Source: Patescibacteria group bacterium (lineage in GTDB: Bacteria > Patescibacteriota > Minisyncoccia > Phycocordibacterales > UBA1550). From it: a stretch of 64,000 nt of DNA. How positions within the stretch are numbered: the first letter of the stretch is position 1; the number at the start of each line of letters is the position of its first letter. The stretch spans positions 37,934 to 101,933 of the forward strand of contig JBBTWP010000003.1 of the NCBI GenBank assembly GCA_038062675.1. The letters are read 5' to 3'. The position numbers and the translations under genes were made by a program. Below the pieces are notes generated by a model. The model was not told the DNA's origin. It did not search any database and worked only from the letters and a program-made list of their open reading frames with translations. Shown here piece after piece: positions 58,228 through 64,000 of this stretch.

Positions 58228-58285
58228 CATCCCGCACAAAATGAAAACTCCCAAGCCGAAAGGCTTGGGAGTTTTCATTTTGTGC
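58228..58285 (-). terminator. Perfect 28-bp stem / GAAA-tetraloop hairpin immediately 3' of tRNA-Gly
   Basis: 'tcccgcacaaaatgaaaactcccaagcc gaaa ggcttgggagttttcattttgtgcggga'. The outer part of the stem is formed by the tRNA 3' end itself. Confidence 0.5.
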
Positions 58286-58343
58286 GGGATGGGAGAATCG
58301 AACTCCCGATTTCAGTTTGGAAAACTGAAGTTATACCATTTAA
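58273..58343 (-). tRNA. tRNA-Gly (anticodon TCC)
   Basis: Hand-folded: acceptor GCGGGAT/ATCCCGC, D-arm GTTA-AATGGTA-TAAC, anticodon arm TCAGT-TTTCCAA-ACTGA, T-arm GGGAG-TTCGATT-CTCCC, discriminator A. CCA is not encoded. Confidence 0.8.
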
Positions 58344-58530
58344 CTAATCCCGCCCCATATATGCCTCACGAGAAGCAAGACCTATACTTCGGCCCTAAAG
58401 TGGGGTGTGCAGGAAAACCCGCTCACCTTATCCACTCCGGAGCAAAAAAGAACGTCTTGGGCTATCATAGCAGGACTGCGAATATTTCGCAATTCAAAAT
58501 ATCCAAAAATAAAGATTGAATTAGTTCACT

Positions 58531-59409
58531 CTAGCCGACAACCGAATGTACCTTCTCCACAATTTCATCAAGTGTAAAGTTTGCCTTGACCATGAAGTCT
58601 TGAGCACCAAGTGATTTTGCACGATCTACGTCTTCTTTTTGCCCCAAATTACTCAAAATAATAACGGGGATATCGGCGGTTGCCTGATCAGCCTTAACGC
58701 GTGCAAGGATATCGAAGCCACTTACTCCCGGCAAAATAAGATCCAAAAGAATGATGTCTGGTTTTTTGTCTTTCAAAATAGCAAAAGCTCCTTCAGCGTC
58801 AATGGCACTTTCAACGGTAAATTTTTCTGCCAAAAGTTTTCTTACCAAAAGTTCACGCAAAAATTTATCGTCCTCAACCACCAATACGAAAATATTTGCA
58901 CCTGTTGAAACAACAACCTTAGGAGATGGAGCCTTCTCCTCCACTGGAGGAAGTCCAACTTTTTGCACCATATCTCCTCCCGGCAAAATTCCTGCCCCGC
59001 TATCCAAAACCCATTTCAACTTTTCAATCACTTCATCAGGATTAAAAAGTTCTTTAATCAAAAACTCTTGAACACCCATTTCCTTTGCGCGATCAATCTC
59101 ACTTGCCTGACTTGAACTTGCAATCATAACCACGGGAATCTTTTTGAGTTCAGGATCTAGGGCAAGTTCTTCGAGAATTTCTATGCCACTTTTTCTTGGA
59201 GTAAGGAGCTCAAGAAGAATTACCTGCGGTTTGGTAACCCGAATTTTCTCCATAGCCACAACTCCGTTTCCCGCATAGTCAACATGGTAACCTCCCGACT
59301 CAATCTTTCTAACAAGGATGTCCCGAAGGGTCGTGTCATGCTCAACCACCATGATTCTCTTTTTGTCATCCATAAGTATTTTTATTATATCACAAACATT
59401 TTTATCCAT
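58531..59409 (-). CDS. Response regulator with two tandem receiver domains and no output domain
   Basis: REC1 'RIMVVEHDTTLRD...PQVILLELLTPRKSG', REC2 'IFVLVVEDDKFLRE...PDIILLDLILPGVSG'. Both carry the phospho-acceptor Asp context. Confidence 0.75.
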   Translation of the reverse strand: MDKNVCDIIKILMDDKKRIMVVEHDTTLRDILVRKIESGGYHVDYAGNGVVAMEKIRVTKPQVILLELLTPRKSGIEILEELALDPELKKIPVVMIASSSQASEIDRAKEMGVQEFLIKELFNPDEVIEKLKWVLDSGAGILPGGDMVQKVGLPPVEEKAPSPKVVVSTGANIFVLVVEDDKFLRELLVRKLLAEKFTVESAIDAEGAFAILKDKKPDIILLDLILPGVSGFDILARVKADQATADIPVIILSNLGQKEDVDRAKSLGAQDFMVKANFTLDEIVEKVHSVVG

Positions 59410-59442
59410 CCACCTATATCGTGCAAACGCCCCGAACGAATT

Positions 59443-61356
59443 TTAAATAACAGTCCCCACTGCATGACCCAAGCCACCCACACCCCCTTTCCACCCACCC
59501 TCTTCTTTGGGGATTAGGTTCTCAAGAAGTGGTACGGTCATAGTGAACGTAGTCCCTTTTCCTTCAACAGAACTCACGGATATTTGTCCTCCATGGCGCA
59601 AAATAATGCTTTTTGCGATAAACAGACCCAATCCCGACCCTTCGGTTTGAAGATGTATTACATTCACCGCGCGGAAGAATTTTGCAAAAAGTTTTGGTAT
59701 CTCATCTTTAGGAATGCCGACTCCGGTATCACTCACCTTTACTTCAAGATAATCTCCTTGCTGCTCCATAGTAACGATGACGCTCCCTCCGGGAAGGGTG
59801 TATTTTATTGCATTATCGACAATATTCTGAAACGCAATAAGGAGTTTTTCGGCATCAAAAACAAATGGTGCAACTCCGCGAGCACGGTTATCGAAACGTA
59901 AATTGATATTATGTTCCTTGCAAGTAAGCTCTGAATTATATATTAGCGTTTCCATGAATTTTTGTATGTCATTACGCTCAAGCTTGTATCCAAACTTTCC
60001 ATTCTCGATACGTGATACGTTCAAAAGTCCGTCTACCAGTTCTGCCATTTTCTCACTGGTCTCATGTCCGCGCTTAAGCATCTCGCGTTGATCTTCGGAC
60101 AGCTGCCCCAAATCCTCATCAAGCAAGAGCTTGAACACCCACCGGATCCCCGAGAGTGGCGTACGCAGCTGGTGTGCCGCCACGGAAAGGAACCCTGATT
60201 TCATACGATCAAATTCACGCAAGTTTGCCAGCATGGAATTGAAGACGTCACCAAAGCGACCGATTTCATCATTTGAGACATGCTCCACTGTTTGATTAAA
60301 GTCTCCATCAGCAACACGTTGTGCAATGAGAGAATATTTCTTGATGGGATCGGTAACTTTTTTACGCAAAACAATAGCGAGAATGATGACGATGAGTATC
60401 GTAAAAACAACCTGAATAATCGCGAGGCGCATCTTGAGTGTTTCTATTTTGTCCTTATATGCAGAAGTTGAGACCTGTGTTTCAAAAACCCCAATATGCT
60501 TCACCTTGCCTCCGGAGGCTATGCTGAGTGGCAATACACGAACAAGCACCTCCTGCTCGCCATCAATGCGCGAATAAGTAGCATCAGGGATTTTACCCGA
60601 AAGCACATCTTCGCGATACTGTTGGTATTCAGATACGACCTCCTGCGTCTTACCCTCTAATGGTTCGTTGCTTGCCAACATCCCCAAACGACTGTTAAAA
60701 ACAGTGGCTGTACGAAGAAAACCTATATTTTGTATGTTCGCCATTGTGCCAACTACCGTATCAAAATTTTTCTGAATATCTTCCACGAGTGGCCGGATAT
60801 TTTGATTTACACTTGCCACTACTAAATTTAAAATCTCTTGAGCCTGTCGCAAATCATTGGGTTCTTTTGAATTTGTCGTCACTTGCACCTTGGCAACATT
60901 CACTGAATCAGGTCGACCATCCTCTCCTTTCACGATAACGGGAATACGTTCTTCAAACTCGAAAAAAGTTTTTTGATTATTCACCGCGGACGCCTTCCCA
61001 TTTTTTATCGCCGAGAGAAGTAAAGCATTTTCTTTCTCCGTAGCTCGCGTCCCCACAAGTGCAGTTCTGGAGGAAGTCACATAAAAACCAGTTGAGCTCA
61101 GCACGCTCACCTCGGTAACATTGCTGATTTTTGCAAGTTCAGCAACTGCAATACGAAGACGCTCCTGCTTTGGGTACGCTTGCCCAAGAGTTCGTTCAAT
61201 ATCAGAACGCAAGATATCAGTGACCGCATCAGCGTCAGTTAAAATCTGTCGTTCAATCCCCCGAGAATCCACAAGCGTTGAAACAAAGAAGCCCAGCGAG
61301 AGAACCACTGCCGTGATTGCAACAAGCATCAGATTAATCTTCGTGCCAAGATTCAT
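59443..61356 (-). CDS. Sensor histidine kinase (TM, extracytoplasmic domain, HAMP, HisKA, HATPase_c)
   Basis: H-box 'SVAAHQLRTPLSGI', N-box 'FQNIVDNAIKYT', G-boxes 'DTGVGIPKDE' and 'GSGLGLFIAKSII'. Two TM helices flank a ~270-aa external domain. Confidence 0.8.
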   Translation of the reverse strand: MNLGTKINLMLVAITAVVLSLGFFVSTLVDSRGIERQILTDADAVTDILRSDIERTLGQAYPKQERLRIAVAELAKISNVTEVSVLSSTGFYVTSSRTALVGTRATEKENALLLSAIKNGKASAVNNQKTFFEFEERIPVIVKGEDGRPDSVNVAKVQVTTNSKEPNDLRQAQEILNLVVASVNQNIRPLVEDIQKNFDTVVGTMANIQNIGFLRTATVFNSRLGMLASNEPLEGKTQEVVSEYQQYREDVLSGKIPDATYSRIDGEQEVLVRVLPLSIASGGKVKHIGVFETQVSTSAYKDKIETLKMRLAIIQVVFTILIVIILAIVLRKKVTDPIKKYSLIAQRVADGDFNQTVEHVSNDEIGRFGDVFNSMLANLREFDRMKSGFLSVAAHQLRTPLSGIRWVFKLLLDEDLGQLSEDQREMLKRGHETSEKMAELVDGLLNVSRIENGKFGYKLERNDIQKFMETLIYNSELTCKEHNINLRFDNRARGVAPFVFDAEKLLIAFQNIVDNAIKYTLPGGSVIVTMEQQGDYLEVKVSDTGVGIPKDEIPKLFAKFFRAVNVIHLQTEGSGLGLFIAKSIILRHGGQISVSSVEGKGTTFTMTVPLLENLIPKEEGGWKGGVGGLGHAVGTVI

Positions 61357-61416
61357 ATCTTCTTATTATACACTGAAATAAACAAAATTGAGATAGCAAA
61401 AACTGCGCGTTCCGTA

Positions 61417-62250
61417 CTACACAAGAAAAACAATACCGACAACCATCAATACAAACGCAACAACTTTTACAATGAAACGTTTTTCCTTAAAAAATACATT
61501 TCCTGAAAGAATTGACCACAGCACCTCCCCAGATCGTTTAATAGTGGTGATAATCGAAGCTGACGCAAGGTTGTAGGCGAAACTTACCAACACCCCGCCC
61601 GCGCCACGCAGAACTGACTGAGCAAGTAGTTTTTTATTCCCAAATGCACGAAATGGGTTTTCTTTGCTTATAAATATCGCCATAAACAGGAAGTACGCTA
61701 CAAGAATTACGAATACTCCGATTTGCTCTGCTGCAACTGAATTGTAATGTGTAATATCGTATTTGTAGAGCGAAATTGTTGCAACAGCGTTTATAGCACC
61801 AAAAAGCACGAGACCACTCCCCTTTTTCCTAATCCCGTGATTTATAAACAAGAAAATAAACGCAAAGACAATAAAACCAACGCCGATCACTTGGTGTACG
61901 GTGAGCGCATAACCCAAGATTGCGTCGACCAAAAGGAGGAGTGGTAGTGTCAACACACGAAGAAAACCCTGTGTACTCCTATCTGCTTCAGAAAGTGCCA
62001 TCATGGCGGCGTAAGCCTGCAATATCTCCAAAAACGAACGCAGTGCAAACGTAGGGAGCGACGCGGAAGAAAAAATAAACTCTTGGTTAAAGAAAATGAC
62101 CGAACCGCACAAAATAAGTGCGCCAAACAACGTGTTGAGGAAGCCAATAGTATAAACACTCGCAACCCGAGCAAGAATATGCTGCTTTGCAAACGATGCA
62201 CCCAGTTCTTCAAAAAACCCACCAATTACAGTTACTAACAAGGGAATCAT
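61417..62250 (-). CDS. Polytopic membrane protein (DMT/EamA-like, tentative)
   Basis: 277 aa with ~8-9 TM helices. Weak resemblance to EamA-type duplicated 4-5 TM units. Confidence 0.35.
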   Translation of the reverse strand: MIPLLVTVIGGFFEELGASFAKQHILARVASVYTIGFLNTLFGALILCGSVIFFNQEFIFSSASLPTFALRSFLEILQAYAAMMALSEADRSTQGFLRVLTLPLLLLVDAILGYALTVHQVIGVGFIVFAFIFLFINHGIRKKGSGLVLFGAINAVATISLYKYDITHYNSVAAEQIGVFVILVAYFLFMAIFISKENPFRAFGNKKLLAQSVLRGAGGVLVSFAYNLASASIITTIKRSGEVLWSILSGNVFFKEKRFIVKVVAFVLMVVGIVFLV

Positions 62251-62309
62251 AGGTTTTTACAGTATATCACGCAACTAAAAACTTGCCGAAAAAGAATATT
62301 GCTCGTTTG

Positions 62310-62381
62310 TGCGCCCGCGAGGAATTGAACCTCGATCTCAGCCTTCGGAGGGCTGTGTTCTATCCGTTGTACTACGGGCGC
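62310..62381 (-). tRNA. tRNA-Arg (anticodon CCG)
   Basis: Hand-folded: acceptor GCGCCCG/CGGGCGC, anticodon arm CAGCC-CTCCGAA-GGCTG, T-arm CGAGG-TTCAATT-CCTCG, discriminator A. One D-stem mismatch. Confidence 0.75.
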
Positions 62382-62399
62382 AATTTTTCAAAAATAACC

Positions 62400-63443
62400 T
62401 TAATTGATTTCGATATCAATATGCCGCACCGTGGGCATATCTTTTTTAATACGCGCTTCAAGCTCATCAATGCGTGTACCTATTACACGTGGCACACGAT
62501 CAGTAAACTCAACACAAAAACGCACAAATTCACTATAATCCCCTTTTACCGCCTCATAATCATCCTTTAGCATTGCTCCATTAGAAACTTCCTTAAAGAG
62601 TGCCGAGCCGTTTACTTCTACTTCACATTTTGCACGATATTTCCCCAGCTCCACCACTGATGACTTAAAATCATAGACGCGCTCTATCATGGGATCGGCC
62701 AAAAGTAGCTCTATAATTCGCTCTTTCACATCCTCTGGTATCGACTTTTCAACCAAAAAACGCTTATTTTTCAATATCAAAACTATAGCAACCCACGCCA
62801 AGAGTACGCCAATAACAATAGAACCTATTGAATCCCAAACGGGGTTTCCGGTTAGGTATGAAAGCCCCACAGACATCAATGCAACAAGCACACCAAACAC
62901 AGCAACCCCATCCTCGTACACCACTGCTAAAACGGTTGGGTCCCCGTCTCGAAGGGTTTCACTAAGACTTGCACCAACTTCCCTCCCGCTCCAAAGCTCA
63001 CGAAACGCGATTGAAAGCGTAGCAAACTCAACAACAAAGGAAATAATGAGGATAATGAATACTTCTGGCCTGAAGATGAGCTCCCCCGGATGAAGAAGTG
63101 TTGTAACTCCATGATAGACAGTAACACCCGCACCAACAAAAAACACGCCACATGCAGAAATTAAGGCCCAAAAAAATCGTTCGAGCCCATAACCATATGA
63201 AGAATCTTCGTCAGGAGCTCGCCGACTTTTCATAATGCCCACCATAAGGAGTGCCTGATTCGCCGTATCAGCAAGACTATGTATCGCCTCGGAAAAAAGT
63301 GAACTTGAACCCGAAAGTATAAATCCGATGGTTTTTAAGATCGTAATAGCAAAGTTCCCTGCAAGTGCTGAAACGACTGAAACAAAACCAGGCTCGCGTT
63401 TGCGGGCAAATACCTTGCTGTCAAATTTTTCTATGTTGTTCAT
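62400..63443 (-). CDS. Cation diffusion facilitator family transporter
   Basis: 'ALAGNFAITILKTIGFILSGSSSLFSEAIHSLADT' is the CDF signature in TM1-2. Six TM helices plus a cytoplasmic C-terminal domain. Confidence 0.8.
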   Translation of the reverse strand: MNNIEKFDSKVFARKREPGFVSVVSALAGNFAITILKTIGFILSGSSSLFSEAIHSLADTANQALLMVGIMKSRRAPDEDSSYGYGLERFFWALISACGVFFVGAGVTVYHGVTTLLHPGELIFRPEVFIILIISFVVEFATLSIAFRELWSGREVGASLSETLRDGDPTVLAVVYEDGVAVFGVLVALMSVGLSYLTGNPVWDSIGSIVIGVLLAWVAIVLILKNKRFLVEKSIPEDVKERIIELLLADPMIERVYDFKSSVVELGKYRAKCEVEVNGSALFKEVSNGAMLKDDYEAVKGDYSEFVRFCVEFTDRVPRVIGTRIDELEARIKKDMPTVRHIDIEIN

Positions 63444-63479
63444 AAAGCGCTCTTCTGTAGAGCTTTAATCAAAAACTAT

Positions 63480-63513
63480 GTCGGGGCGCCGAGAATCGAA
63501 CTCGGTCTATCTA
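63480..63513 (-). repeat. Duplicated 3' half of tRNA-Pro (T-arm plus acceptor), att-like fragment
   Basis: 'gtcggggcgccgagaatcgaactcggtctatct' is identical to 63568..63600, as is the preceding 'agcttta'. A further fragment of the tRNA 5' end ('tactacgccccgac') recurs at 63686..63699. Confidence 0.7.
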
Positions 63514-63569
63514 AATTTCTTATTGAAATTTCCACGGAAGTGTTTAGACACTTCCGGTTAAAGCTTTAG

Positions 63570-63640
63570 TCGGGGCGCCGAGAATCGAACTCGGTCTATC
63601 TGCTCCCAAAGCAGACGTACTACCGGTATACTACGCCCCG
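63570..63640 (-). tRNA. tRNA-Pro (anticodon TGG)
   Basis: Hand-folded: C1-G72 acceptor (CGGGGCG/CGCCCCG, typical of bacterial tRNA-Pro), anticodon arm TCTGC-TTTGGGA-GCAGA, T-arm CCGAG-TTCGATT-CTCGG, discriminator A. Confidence 0.75.
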
Positions 63641-64000
63641 ACTAAAGCTTCAACCCCACGCAGATGTACCACCACAGCATACTACGCCCCGACATAAATT
63701 TCGACAAACCAACAACACCCCCCCCACTCACATTACTCAAACAACGTTTCATGCGAAACAATAAAAGAATAGTAGCACAACGAATGATTTTTACAAAATA
63801 AGGTTTTCAAGAAACTTTACTCGTGCCCGCCTTGTAGTTATGTTGATTTGCACGGTTATGGCGTGGAATTCCCAAATAGGCTCATTCAGGGGAAACTTTT
63901 CCAATAAATACGCTTGAATTGTTCGTGCTAGCCGTTTAAGCTTTTGTGGGTGAATATTGTCCTCTGGACGATGATCATCCGTTACACGGGAAACATTTTC

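Noticed and set aside
58013-58519. 168-aa plus-strand ORF across the tRNA-Gly region
   Set aside because: The region contains a well-folding minus-strand tRNA-Gly, duplicated att-like fragments and long hairpins. The ORF has no start context or coherent protein features.
1-64000. CRISPR arrays or large IS elements and transposases
   Set aside because: No regularly spaced short direct repeats and no transposase-like ORFs were seen. The repeats present are gene-3'-end duplications, the 39-bp leader pair and the palindromic motif, not CRISPR-like.

Overview
The window looks like a small-genome, Patescibacteria/CPR-like bacterium; the taxon is an inference from gene content and frequent lack of Shine-Dalgarno spacing. 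Annotated content, in order:
- **Translation core (minus strand):** the complete str/S10 junction rpsL-rpsG-fusA-tuf-rpsJ-rplC, an M50 site-2 protease and rpmB.
- **Surface proteins:** three paralogous secreted proteins built from one ~85-aa two-cysteine Ig-like repeat, followed by an MBL-fold (ComEC C-terminal-like) protein, DedA and an S9 peptidase.
- **Small-peptide cluster:** four tandem SD-preceded ORFs of 19-44 aa, three of them Cys/Gly/Asp-rich, with a conserved 39-bp leader repeat, lying divergent to a TrmB-like regulator plus a PLP-dependent enzyme.
- **Housekeeping and pilus genes:** ComEC channel, RNase HI, recJ, a HIT-MazF/PemK fusion ORF, pgk and tpiA; a type IV pilus/competence block (PilX-like protein, three minor pilins, pilC, pilB, major pilin); then nusA, ppa and a NUDIX hydrolase.
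- **Defence island:** an ~11-kb AT-rich minus-strand island flanked by direct repeats of the ppa 3' end, arranged as half-hsdS, hsdM, Zn-ribbon/DUF4145, SMODS/CD-NTase-like nucleotidyltransferase, SLATT 2TM effector, hsdS, DinD/Bro-N-like, hsdR and a DUF45/M48-like metallopeptidase.
- **Remaining genes:** tig without a PPIase domain, three small membrane proteins, clpP, rny, hup, a PAS protein, an FNR-like oxidoreductase, a sensor kinase plus double-REC response regulator, and a CDF transporter.
- **tRNAs:** Gly(TCC), Arg(CCG) and Pro(TGG); Gly and Pro are surrounded by partial duplications of their own ends.

The best candidates for something novel are the SMODS-SLATT module embedded in the type I R-M operon, the Cys-rich micro-peptide cassette, the HIT-MazF fusion, and the two insertions flanked by duplicated gene 3' ends (a HigBA-like cassette after rpmB and the R-M island after ppa). 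Several very long perfect palindromes and one recurring 22-23-bp palindromic motif also recur across the window.
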